A stretch of 64,000 nt of DNA from an uncultured Candidatus Saccharibacteria bacterium (lineage in GTDB: Bacteria; Patescibacteriota; Minisyncoccia; Phycocordibacterales; DATDWN01): NCBI GenBank assembly GCA_964597675.1, contig CAZQYV010000001.1:81644-145643 (forward strand). Direction: 5' to 3'. Positions 40,836 to 49,073 of this stretch are shown piece after piece. A program made the translations under genes and the position numbers. Position 1 is the stretch's first letter. Each line of letters begins with the position of its first letter. The notes beneath the pieces are model-generated. The model saw nothing but the letters and a program-made list of their open reading frames with translations. It made no database searches and was not told the DNA's origin.

Positions 40836-41885
40836 TTATTTATTATCCCAAAACCAGTACTGATTCTTCAGATTCTCACTCAGTCTATATGCGTTCGCAT
40901 GTGATAGAGCCCCAAGATATGATGCGAATGTTTGATTAAAACTTTCTTTTGAAATTATTCCTTTAGTATACGCATTGAATTTATCTCTATGTTTTCTCTC
41001 AATTCGTCTGAGTGTTTTCTTACGTATGAGTCTATGATACGGACGGAGAATATATCCCAGAAAATCAACACTTCCAGATGCTTTCAGTATTTCTACTTTG
41101 TCTGTATGAAGCCGTAATTTGAGACGATTTCCAAGGAACAGGATGATTGGTTTGATTAAATTTTCCAGATATTTTTTGTCGTTCGAGACGATAATAAAAT
41201 CATCGGTGTATCTGCCATAGTGCTCGACTTTCAGTTTTTGCTTCATATACTGATCAAACTCGTTCATATACATATTGGCAAAGAGTTGAGAGGTGAGGTT
41301 GCCAATTGGTACGCCTGTACGAGTAAAAAGGTTGGAATATCCACTCACAAAACTGTCCACAATTTCTCCAATGAGCCATATTACTTCTTTATCCTTTATC
41401 TTTCTTTGGATCAAGGAAAGAAGAATGGAATGATCGATACTGTCAAAGAATTTTCTCACGTCGCATTTGAGAACGTAGCACGCTCTTGTGTAATTTCTTG
41501 AAACTTTACGAATCATACTTTCTGCCACGTCTACTCCTTTGTGTGATCCTTTTTGGATACGACAGGAAAAAGAGGTGGCGATAAATGTCGGCTCAAACAG
41601 GGGATTCAAAATCTGGTAGACCGCATGATGAAGTACTCGGTCCCGAACTGTTGCCTTGTGGATGTGTCGGAGTTTTGGATCACAAATAAAAAAGTCAGTA
41701 TATCCACCGTGTCTGTAAGTCTTGTCCTTCAAATCTCTATGCAGTTGAAAGAGTTCCTGTTCAAGGTTTTTCTCAAACTTCAGAACGTCAGCCTTCTTTC
41801 CTTTGCCGTGTTTGAATTCTTCCCACGCCCAAAACAGGTTCTCTGGTTCTATAATTTTATTAAATAAATTTTTATATACTTTCAT
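40836..41885 (-). CDS. DGR reverse transcriptase (349 aa from ATG 41885)
   Basis: DPK.R.IH.A.VRDRVLHH, SCR..KG.H, LKCDVRKFF.SIDH, GVPIGNLTSQLFAN, RYTDDF, DFLGY; no maturase/endonuclease tail. Confidence 0.95.
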   Translation of the reverse strand: MKVYKNLFNKIIEPENLFWAWEEFKHGKGKKADVLKFEKNLEQELFQLHRDLKDKTYRHGGYTDFFICDPKLRHIHKATVRDRVLHHAVYQILNPLFEPTFIATSFSCRIQKGSHKGVDVAESMIRKVSRNYTRACYVLKCDVRKFFDSIDHSILLSLIQRKIKDKEVIWLIGEIVDSFVSGYSNLFTRTGVPIGNLTSQLFANMYMNEFDQYMKQKLKVEHYGRYTDDFIIVSNDKKYLENLIKPIILFLGNRLKLRLHTDKVEILKASGSVDFLGYILRPYHRLIRKKTLRRIERKHRDKFNAYTKGIISKESFNQTFASYLGALSHANAYRLSENLKNQYWFWDNK

Positions 41886-42237
41886 GAATGATGCAGATAT
41901 ACCGATACTAAAGAAAACATACGAGCTGTACAAGCTCTTCCATGAATACCGCAAGGTAATTTCAAAAGCAAACCGATTTACTATCTATGAACGATGCGAA
42001 AACCTCATTATTGATCTCATTGAATGTTTTTTTGAAGCAGGATACGCCAAAACTGTAAATAAGGCAGTCATTTTGGATAGAGCAAGTGTTCGTCTAAATA
42101 GTTTGCGATTATTTGTTCGTCTGATGAAAGAAACGTATGCAATCGACAATAAAAAATATCTTGCGCTGCAAACAATTATAGATGAGATTGGGAGAATGCT
42201 TGGTGGTTGGATCAGATCAACCGGTCCTACCACTTAA
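41884..42237 (+). CDS. avd: DGR accessory variability determinant (four-helix bundle, 117 aa)
   Basis: IPI.KK.YELY, RFTI, LRLFVRL, EIGRMLGGW; adjacent to RT and TR. Confidence 0.9.
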   Translation: MNDADIPILKKTYELYKLFHEYRKVISKANRFTIYERCENLIIDLIECFFEAGYAKTVNKAVILDRASVRLNSLRLFVRLMKETYAIDNKKYLALQTIIDEIGRMLGGWIRSTGPTT

Positions 42238-42267
42238 ACAAAAGGTATCCGAATGGATACCTTTTGT
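42238..42267. terminator. Perfect 13-bp hairpin between avd stop and TR 3' end (bidirectional-terminator-like)
   Basis: ACAAAAGGTATCC-GAAT-GGATACCTTTTGT. Confidence 0.7.
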
Positions 42268-42280
42268 GATGAAGGGGAGA

Positions 42281-42410
42281 CTTCGGAACGAGACCGGACG
42301 CGGTACCGTAGTTCGCATTGGCATTGTCGAACCAGTTCGTGTCGAACTTGACCTTGCCGTCGTTGAAGTTGAAGTACGGAGCGTGATCGAAGCGAACATC
42401 GGCATCCGGA
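42281..42410 (-). repeat. DGR template repeat (TR)
   Basis: Minus strand aligns without gaps to 43699-43828; AAC/AAT/AAG-rich; the 29 adenines I count are all at codon positions 1-2 of the target frame. Confidence 0.93.
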
Positions 42411-42700
42411 ATTTGCCCTTGCTCATCCAGAGCACCAGAGCTTGAAAAAGTTTTCTGTTGGAAACAGATCTCAGTCTCACTCTTGAATTTAACTTGGTAG
42501 CACCCGCCATATAGGCTCAGTGGTCCACCTTAAACAAGGGCAAGCAGTATCTCCTTATCACTACACTCTTTTGGAAATCGTAATCTCCAAAACTCTGGTC
42601 GTTTCTCTTATAGAGGGTAAAGAGAAAGAGTTCGGCGACGGCAATCCATAGACGACCGTTCATGAGCCTAGACTCAAAGGAAGTGTACCAGAAAAGATAT
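42411..42700 (-). ncRNA. Structured 5' leader of the TR RNA (candidate)
   Basis: 8-bp long-range helix 42512-42519/42663-42670 enclosing hairpins, one with a UACG loop and a G-U pair on the minus strand. Confidence 0.55.
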
Positions 42701-42724
42701 AAATTAAGCAATATTTATGACCTA

Positions 42725-42753
42725 TTGACAAAAAAGCCATTTGGGTGTATAAT
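42725..42753 (+). promoter_or_regulatory. Consensus sigma70 promoter of DGR target gene
   Basis: TTGACA-17-TATAAT. Confidence 0.85.
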
Positions 42754-42787
42754 ATATAGTGGAGGGGCTTTCTGACATTCACTGTTT

Positions 42788-42836
42788 TGAGACGAGCTTT
42801 TTGAGCCTTATTTTAGGACCTAAAAAGCTCGTCTCA
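42788..42836 (+). promoter_or_regulatory. 15-bp perfect inverted repeat in target 5' leader
   Basis: TGAGACGAGCTTTTT/AAAAAGCTCGTCTCA. Confidence 0.65.
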
Positions 42837-42898
42837 CAAGGACAAGTCGCAACAAAAGCCGGGGCGAATCTGGTAAATCAGGAAAGGGAGATAACGTC

Positions 42899-43834
42899 AT
42901 GACGACGATTACTCAAGCAACTTCCGGTCAGAAGAAACAGAATAGCCGTTTTCTCGAGGACGCCTTTCAGGCACTCAAAACGGAATTGGAAACCATGTTT
43001 GGTGAACTCGACACCGAGAACGCTCAACGATTCCTCGGTAACGGCGACGAATTCAAAGCCGATGTTCAGAAGGCAGCTCTCGACTCGTTCGGACGCCTGT
43101 CCATCTCGAATCAGTTCGCCAACGAAGAAGTGGAATCGACCTACGGCTACCTCTCGGGCTATCAGAAGCCGAAGGGATTGACCGAGCAGGCCAACCGCTT
43201 GCGTGAACTGTTCTCTGGTGCCGGTTTCGTCAACCTCGATCTGCAAGGCAGAATCGAGAAGGGTGAGATCGCACTGCCAGCATACGCCGAAGGTTGGTCC
43301 GTCATTCCCAACTGGATGAAGAATCCGGAGGCATGGGGCACCTACAACGAGGCACTGCAAAAAGTCCTTGACGCAATCAAGAAGACTCGCAACGGTGCCT
43401 TCTACAACTACCGCGAGGGTCAGATCGGTCCCGAGCGTCTGCGCCAAACGAAGCGTGCGGAGAAATTCTTCCGTGAGCTTTCGGAAGCACAAGGCAATCC
43501 GGATCTCTTAATCGTCCCGACCCAGTTCGGCATCCGCCATCGCGGCCGTTCGGTTCGCCGATCCCGCGAGGTTATGCTGGACAATGGCAACGAGTTCGGA
43601 CTCGGCGCATTCGCAATCGGCATCATGATCCTCGCCCATCCCGAGAGACTGAAAAACGTGGATGATCTGTGGATCGATTGTGCCGGAGACGAATATGCTC
43701 CGGGTGCCGGTGTTCGCTTCGATCGCGCTCCGTACTTCAACTTCAACGACGGCGGGGTCGGGTTCGACGCGGGGTGGACTGGCAGCGCGAGCGGCCGCTA
43801 TGGGTCTTCCTCCGCCTTCCTTCCGCAGCAGTGA
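42899..43834 (+). CDS. DGR target (variable) protein, probably cytoplasmic with C-terminal CLec-type variable domain
   Basis: VR occupies the last ~45 codons; AGGGAG RBS; GC-richer than neighbours; fold is inferred. Confidence 0.9.
   Translation: MTTITQATSGQKKQNSRFLEDAFQALKTELETMFGELDTENAQRFLGNGDEFKADVQKAALDSFGRLSISNQFANEEVESTYGYLSGYQKPKGLTEQANRLRELFSGAGFVNLDLQGRIEKGEIALPAYAEGWSVIPNWMKNPEAWGTYNEALQKVLDAIKKTRNGAFYNYREGQIGPERLRQTKRAEKFFRELSEAQGNPDLLIVPTQFGIRHRGRSVRRSREVMLDNGNEFGLGAFAIGIMILAHPERLKNVDDLWIDCAGDEYAPGAGVRFDRAPYFNFNDGGVGFDAGWTGSASGRYGSSSAFLPQQ
43699..43828 (+). repeat. DGR variable repeat (VR)
   Basis: 43699-43773 differs from TR at 10 positions, all TR adenines; 43774-43828 is homologous but diverged. 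Confidence 0.93.
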
Positions 43835-43903
43835 TCGCTTGCTCCTCGAATTCTTGAGTCTTTTGATTTCTTTTCTCTTGATTCTTGAATTCGCCGGCAA
43901 AAT

Positions 43904-43943
43904 TCGGGCTACTCACAACGTGTGGGTGGCCCGATTTTCTTTT
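43904..43943 (+). terminator. Terminator-like hairpin downstream of target gene
   Basis: TCGGGCTACTCACA-ACG-TGTGGGTGGCCCGA with G-U pairs, then T-rich tail. Confidence 0.7.
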
Positions 43944-44027
43944 GTATAAAATTAATTATAGGGATTTTTTTGATAGATTTGCTATACTACTTGGTATAGC
44001 ATTTGTTTTATATTTTAACCGTATTTT

Positions 44028-44615
44028 ATGTCTCCTCATACATTTGTGTTTATCGGACGTTCTGGTTGTGGTAAAGGTACTCAGGCGGGTTTGCTCATGC
44101 AGCAGATTGGAGAGAAGAAAGTCGGTGAACCAATTTTTTATCTTGAAACAGGTCAGAAATTTCGCGATTTTATTGGAGGCGCTGGATACACAAACACTCT
44201 CGCACGCACCATCCAAGAAGCCGGAGGACTCCAGCCATCTTTTTTGGCGGTTTGGATGTGGTCAAATATCTTTATTGACAAATTGACTGATAAGGATCAT
44301 TTGGTTATTGATGGTACTCCACGCAAACTTGGTGAGGCAATTATTTTCACCGAAGCAATGAAGTTTTACAATCGAAGACCGATTGTTATATATATCAATG
44401 TATCTCGTGAGTGGTCAGAGGCACGGCTATCAGATCGGCATCGGTCTGACGATATGAGTGAAGTCATAAAAAATCGCCTTGATTGGTTTGACACGGATGT
44501 CTTTCCGGCGGTAGAGTACTTCAAGACAAACCCCGATGTCCAGTTTCTCGATATAAACGGTGAACGAGCGATTGAGGAGATTCAGGATGATATTTTAGAA
44601 AAATTAAAAATTTAA
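44028..44615 (+). CDS. adk: Adenylate kinase family nucleoside monophosphate kinase
   Basis: GRSGCGKGTQ P-loop, IDGTPR, R.DD; position before map. Confidence 0.88.
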   Translation: MSPHTFVFIGRSGCGKGTQAGLLMQQIGEKKVGEPIFYLETGQKFRDFIGGAGYTNTLARTIQEAGGLQPSFLAVWMWSNIFIDKLTDKDHLVIDGTPRKLGEAIIFTEAMKFYNRRPIVIYINVSREWSEARLSDRHRSDDMSEVIKNRLDWFDTDVFPAVEYFKTNPDVQFLDINGERAIEEIQDDILEKLKI

Positions 44616-44706
44616 AAATCAAAAAGGAAAATTAATATACATTTTTACTTTTTACTTTTGATTTTTCATTTTTAAATTGGTGAAAATCTAGGTTAAATGA
44701 TTATCT

Positions 44707-45474
44707 ATGATAACAATAAAGACAAAGGAGGAGATTGAAATACTAAATGAGGGCGGTCGCCGTCATGCTTTTATCTTGTCTCAGGTTGCGGAAAAAGTTG
44801 CTCCTGGTGTTTCTACTGCTTCGCTCGAGGATTATGCTAGAGAATTGATTAAGGAGGGCGGTGATCTTGCTGCGTTTTTAAACTACACACCACGTGGTGC
44901 ACGCCGTGCGTATCCAGCGGCCTTGTGTGTATCGGTTAATGATGAAATCGTCCACGGTATTCCAAATGAGGATCCAAAAATCTTACAGGAAGGAGATGTT
45001 GTTGCGCTTGACCTCGGGCTAATTCACCAAGGACTTATTACTGACAGTGCAATTACGGTAGGAGTTGGGGCAATTACTCCGGAGGAAAGGAAACTGATTG
45101 AACACACAAAAGAAGCGTTATTTATTGGTATTAAACAAGCGCGGGGAGGTGGTCGGATCGGGGACATTGGACATGCAATCGAGTCATTTGTCCGCCCATT
45201 GGGCTATGGGCTCTGCGAGGGGCTCGCAGGGCACGGTGTTGGCTACAAAGTGCACGAGGACCCCTTTGTACCAAACGAAGGGCGTAGGGGCTCTGGGGAC
45301 CTTTTGAAGCCAGGTATGGTTATTGCAATCGAGCCCATGCTCACCCTCGGTACAGATAGGATTGTCCTCTCTGCAGATGGGTATACATACAAAACAGAGG
45401 ATGGTTCAAAGTCGGCACATTTCGAACACACCATTGCTATTACAGACTCCGACCCTATCATACTTACAAAATAA
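44707..45474 (+). CDS. map: Methionine aminopeptidase type I
   Basis: CVSVNDEIVHGIP, GHGVG..VHEDP, IAIEPM, SAHFEHT. Confidence 0.98.
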   Translation: MITIKTKEEIEILNEGGRRHAFILSQVAEKVAPGVSTASLEDYARELIKEGGDLAAFLNYTPRGARRAYPAALCVSVNDEIVHGIPNEDPKILQEGDVVALDLGLIHQGLITDSAITVGVGAITPEERKLIEHTKEALFIGIKQARGGGRIGDIGHAIESFVRPLGYGLCEGLAGHGVGYKVHEDPFVPNEGRRGSGDLLKPGMVIAIEPMLTLGTDRIVLSADGYTYKTEDGSKSAHFEHTIAITDSDPIILTK

Positions 45475-45498
45475 TATTAATATGTAATTATCAATTTC

Positions 45499-46104
45499 AT
45501 GCCACATCCAAAAACAGAACGTACGCTCGTTATTATTAAACCAGATGGTGTCCAACGAACACTGGTGGGTGAGATTATCAAGCGTCTCGAGCGACCCGGA
45601 TTGAAATTGGTGGCAATGAAAATGACGGTACCCAGTATTGATCACATTGAAAAACATTATACTCTTGATCCAGAGTGGCGACGTATTACTGGTGAGAAAC
45701 GTATTAAAGCAGCATTGGCAAAAGGGGAGAAACTAGATAATGAAGATCCATTTGCTATCACGGCAGTTATTTTAGAAAAGTTGAAAAAATACATGACATC
45801 AGGTCCTGTTATTGCTATGGTCTGGCAGGGTGCTCATGCCACAGAGTTGGTACGCAAAATTGTTGGAGGTACAGAACCGAGGACATCAGATGTTGGCACG
45901 ATTCGTGGGGACTACGTCCTTGATTCATACGTTATGGCAGATACAGATGGTAGGGCAGTCAGAAATCTAGTGCACGCGTCAGGTACGGCAGAGGAATCTG
46001 AGAAAGAAATTGCACACTGGTTTAGTCCAGAGGAGGTTGTGGATTATCGTCTCGTCCAAGAGCAGATTATATATGATGTCAATATGGACGGAATACTCGA
46101 ATAG
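45499..46104 (+). CDS. ndk: Nucleoside diphosphate kinase
   Basis: ERTLVIIKPDGVQR, GTIRGD, NLVHAS. Confidence 0.96.
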   Translation: MPHPKTERTLVIIKPDGVQRTLVGEIIKRLERPGLKLVAMKMTVPSIDHIEKHYTLDPEWRRITGEKRIKAALAKGEKLDNEDPFAITAVILEKLKKYMTSGPVIAMVWQGAHATELVRKIVGGTEPRTSDVGTIRGDYVLDSYVMADTDGRAVRNLVHASGTAEESEKEIAHWFSPEEVVDYRLVQEQIIYDVNMDGILE

Positions 46105-46149
46105 GTATTGACATGCAACCTATTTAGGTGTATAATAGAATAGGAGGGT

Positions 46150-46299
46150 ATGATGACAACAGGCCTTATTCTTGGCATTTTAGTCATAGTGGTTACCATT
46201 ATGACTATGGTGGTCGTTATAAGATTGTGCATGAATTACGCTAGGCGTGAAAAGGCGACAAAGGAAGCATTCAAAGAGAGGTTTCCTCCGTCCGAGTAG
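46150..46299 (+). CDS. 49-aa single-TM small protein (not in ORF track)
   Basis: TTGACA(46108)-17-TATAAT, AGGAGGG RBS, MMTTGLILGILVIVVTIMTMVVVIRLC...PPSE, CACCCCCG/CGGGGGTG terminator. Confidence 0.75.
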   Translation: MMTTGLILGILVIVVTIMTMVVVIRLCMNYARREKATKEAFKERFPPSE

Positions 46300-46611
46300 A
46301 CCCACCCCCGACGAGTAGTCGGGGGTGTTCGTTTTTACACATTACTTATTTCATACCCGCAAGTGTTTCTCTATTATATCGAGATGTATAATATTGGTAG
46401 GATTGTTTCATATTTTCTATCTAACAATTTTTTAGGGAGTCTCATATTTACATATCCCGATGAGCATTGTCGCAAGACAGAGTTCACTCAGATATGTGTG
46501 CGGACACCCACCTGGCATTATGCTAGGGGAATATGAACACAATCCTATTAAAGAACCCCGTGTCGTACGGGATTTTTTAATTTTTTCTTTCGCTTTTATC
46601 ATTCTCACGGT

Positions 46612-47025
46612 ATGATTATGATATATACTATGTCGCAAACACTTTTCAAAAGAGCTTTTTTATTTCTCTGTATCACTGGCGCACTCAATTGGGCAGGAGT
46701 GACGTTGTATTTGTATTGGAGTCTGTGGTGGTATGATGTTTTGATGCATTTTCTAGGCGGACTGACTGTCGGGTTTGCTACATTATGGCTTGTCAGGTTA
46801 CGCACAGGTTATAATCTGTCGTTTACCCAATGTCTACGTATTGTTTTGTATGGTGGGATTTTTGTTGGGATCGTATGGGAAATATTTGAGTTATATTATC
46901 ACGTCACCACTTTTGATGATGGAATATATTTCGTGACAGATACAATGGGGGATTTAATCATGGACACTATAGGTGCACTCGTGGCGGGTGTATGGGGATA
47001 TAACATACTGAAAAAAAATGACTAA
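46612..47025 (+). CDS. Membrane protein (start may be 46629)
   Basis: WYD..MHFLGG, G..WE.FE, DT..DL..D..G motifs in four hydrophobic segments. Confidence 0.8.
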   Translation: MIMIYTMSQTLFKRAFLFLCITGALNWAGVTLYLYWSLWWYDVLMHFLGGLTVGFATLWLVRLRTGYNLSFTQCLRIVLYGGIFVGIVWEIFELYYHVTTFDDGIYFVTDTMGDLIMDTIGALVAGVWGYNILKKND

Positions 47026-48394
47026 TCATTTACAACTGACATGTTGGGGCGGAGTAGGCACAGTAACCGGTGCAAATTTTTTACTAGAAGATAGTTCAAC
47101 GCGAATATTGGTTGATTGTGGGATTGTGCAGGGAACAGTAGATGCCGACGCTTTAAATCGTGAGCCATTTCCATACAATCCAAAAACAATTGATTTTTTG
47201 TTCGTGACGCATGCTCACATGGATCATATTGGGAAAATACCAAAACTTATCCGTGACGGATTTGTTGGTACAATTTATTCCACACCAGAGACTCGTGAAC
47301 TGGCTTCGCTTATGTTGCAAGATGCTATCAGGGTAATGGAAATGCAGAGTAGGGAAAAAAATATCGATCCTTTGTATAGTCCGGTGCATTTGACCATGGC
47401 ACTTTCGCTGTGGCAGACAATTCCATATCACACAGACACAAAAATAAATGATAATTTTTCAGTTTATCTCAAAGATGCCGGTCATATTCTCGGCTCATCC
47501 ATGTATGAGGTGACGTATTCTGGAGAAAAAGGGTCCAAAAAAATTGTTTTTACAGGAGACTCTGGCAACTCACCATCACCTTTACTCAAAGATACAGAGC
47601 CGATTACTGATGCTGATTATCTAGTAATGGACAGCGTTTATGGGGACAGAAATCATGAGCCAAAGAAAGAGCGAGATCAAAAGTTTAAACAAGTTGTTTT
47701 GGACACAATCTCCAGCAAGGGGGCACTGGTTATTCCTGCATTTTCTCTCGAGCGGACACAGGTTGTGTTGTATGAATTGAATAATCTTGTCGAAGATGGG
47801 TTGGTCCCAAGTGTCCCAGTCTTTCTGGATTCTCCGCTTGGTATAAAAGTGACTGAAATATATAAAAAATTAAAAAAGGATTTTAATGCCGAGGTTCAAG
47901 GTGAAATAAAAGGAGGGGATGATATATTTAATTTCCCTCGTCTGACTATTACAGAAACATCGCTCGAATCTCGAGAGATAGCCGACACACCAAATCCAAA
48001 AATCATTATTGCAGGATCGGGTATGTCTTCTGGTGGTCGGGTCATACAGCACGAAGCACACTTTCTCCCTGATCCAAAGAGCACTATTCTCCTTATGGGT
48101 TACCAAGCAGTCGGTACGCTCGGTCGCTCGATACAAGAAAAACCAGCCAGAGTGGAAATCAACGGTGAAATTGTCCCTATTCGTGCTCGAGTGGAAATGA
48201 TCAGTGGGTACTCATCACACAAGGACTCCGACGGGTTGGTCGGAATTGTTGCCGGTACTGCCGAGAAGCTAAAACGGGTATTTGTGACAATGGGCGAGCC
48301 AAAATCATCTACTTATCTTGCCCAAAGACTTCATAATGAACTGGGTGTTGATGCGATCTATCCAGAGCGAGGAAAAGTGTACGAACTCAACTAG
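47018..48394 (+). CDS. MBL-fold beta-CASP ribonuclease
   Basis: VDCG, THAHMDHIG, AGHILGS, FTGD, GSGM..GGR, SSH.D. Confidence 0.93.
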   Translation: MTNHLQLTCWGGVGTVTGANFLLEDSSTRILVDCGIVQGTVDADALNREPFPYNPKTIDFLFVTHAHMDHIGKIPKLIRDGFVGTIYSTPETRELASLMLQDAIRVMEMQSREKNIDPLYSPVHLTMALSLWQTIPYHTDTKINDNFSVYLKDAGHILGSSMYEVTYSGEKGSKKIVFTGDSGNSPSPLLKDTEPITDADYLVMDSVYGDRNHEPKKERDQKFKQVVLDTISSKGALVIPAFSLERTQVVLYELNNLVEDGLVPSVPVFLDSPLGIKVTEIYKKLKKDFNAEVQGEIKGGDDIFNFPRLTITETSLESREIADTPNPKIIIAGSGMSSGGRVIQHEAHFLPDPKSTILLMGYQAVGTLGRSIQEKPARVEINGEIVPIRARVEMISGYSSHKDSDGLVGIVAGTAEKLKRVFVTMGEPKSSTYLAQRLHNELGVDAIYPERGKVYELN

Positions 48395-48438
48395 CATAAA
48401 ATTAAATACCACCCTAGGGTGGTATTTAATTTTATGCT
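48393..48438. terminator. Perfect palindrome spanning convergent gene ends
   Basis: AGCATAAAATTAAATACCACCCT/AGGGTGGTATTTAATTTTATGCT. Confidence 0.75.
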
Positions 48439-48821
48439 GTCACTGCCTCTTTTACTGTAGATTTTGTAGAGGTGACTGCGAATGCATTGTCTACGATTTT
48501 CTTAAATGTATCAGGGCTTTCCTTTACTAGTGTCGCTAGGATCTTTCGGTCGAGCAACACGTTTTTCTTTTTTAGTGCTCCCATCAATTTACTGTATGAA
48601 AGACCCATTTCTTTTAGTGAATATGAAATATTAACATTCCAATTTCTTCGAGCATCACCTTTTTTATCACGTCGGTGTGCAAAAGCGTACACTCCTGCAT
48701 GTGAAATTGCCTCGATCGCCTGGCGCTCTTTATTTGCTCGTCCATAGCGAAAACCTTTTACTCTTTTGAGTACATTTCGTCTTGTCTTTAGTGCATTTAC
48801 TCCTCCTTTTACTCGTGTCAT
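48432..48821 (-). CDS. rplT: 50S ribosomal protein L20
   Basis: MTRVKGG, R..KK...R..W...I, LDRK.LA. Confidence 0.97.
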   Translation of the reverse strand: MTRVKGGVNALKTRRNVLKRVKGFRYGRANKERQAIEAISHAGVYAFAHRRDKKGDARRNWNVNISYSLKEMGLSYSKLMGALKKKNVLLDRKILATLVKESPDTFKKIVDNAFAVTSTKSTVKEAVTA

Positions 48822-48887
48822 GTTTGAATGATTAATAAGTAACGAGTAAGATGTAATTTTTACTTCTTACTATTTACTTTTTACTAA

Positions 48888-49073
48888 TTATTTAATAAAT
48901 CGTGCCTTATCTTTGTTACTAATAGGGAATGCGACCCCTCGGTTTTTTGCCATTTGTCCGCGTGCACTTTCCTTTGCATTGAAATGGTTTTGGCCAGTCT
49001 TGCGAGCGACAATTTTACCATTTTTTGTGACTTTCAATCGTTTGGTGAAAGATTTATTTGTTTTTGTTGTCAT
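48888..49073 (-). CDS. rpmI: 50S ribosomal protein L35
   Basis: KT.KS..KR.KVT..GK; between infC and rplT. Confidence 0.93.
   Translation of the reverse strand: MTTKTNKSFTKRLKVTKNGKIVARKTGQNHFNAKESARGQMAKNRGVAFPISNKDKARFIK

Larger units (their letters stand above)
40836..43945. mobile_element. Diversity-generating retroelement (RT, avd, TR, target gene with VR)
   Basis: All four components are present; TR/VR differ at adenines; cassette splits secY from adk. Confidence 0.95.

Noticed and set aside
40836-41885. RT as group II intron, retron or CRISPR-associated RT
   Set aside because: Short RT with GNLTSQ motif, no maturase/endonuclease tail or VTG motif, plus adjacent avd and adenine-specific TR/VR
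41880-42275. avd as an invertible (phase-variable) segment
   Set aside because: No convincing flanking inverted repeats (only about 5 nt, TTCAT) and no recombinase nearby
42281-43828. Past inversion between TR and VR as the cause of the chimeric VR
   Set aside because: The TR 3' half keeps AAY codons and the VR 3' half keeps the stop codon, so the ends do not appear swapped; future inversion remains possible
42182-43949. ORFs 42182-42445(+), 42217-42510(-), 43508-43900(-), 43662-43949(+) that resemble each other in pairs
   Set aside because: Shadow translations of TR and VR in non-coding frames
46432-46638. Cys-containing minus-strand small ORF
   Set aside because: No recognisable family or clear RBS, and it overlaps the start region of the next gene; insufficient support
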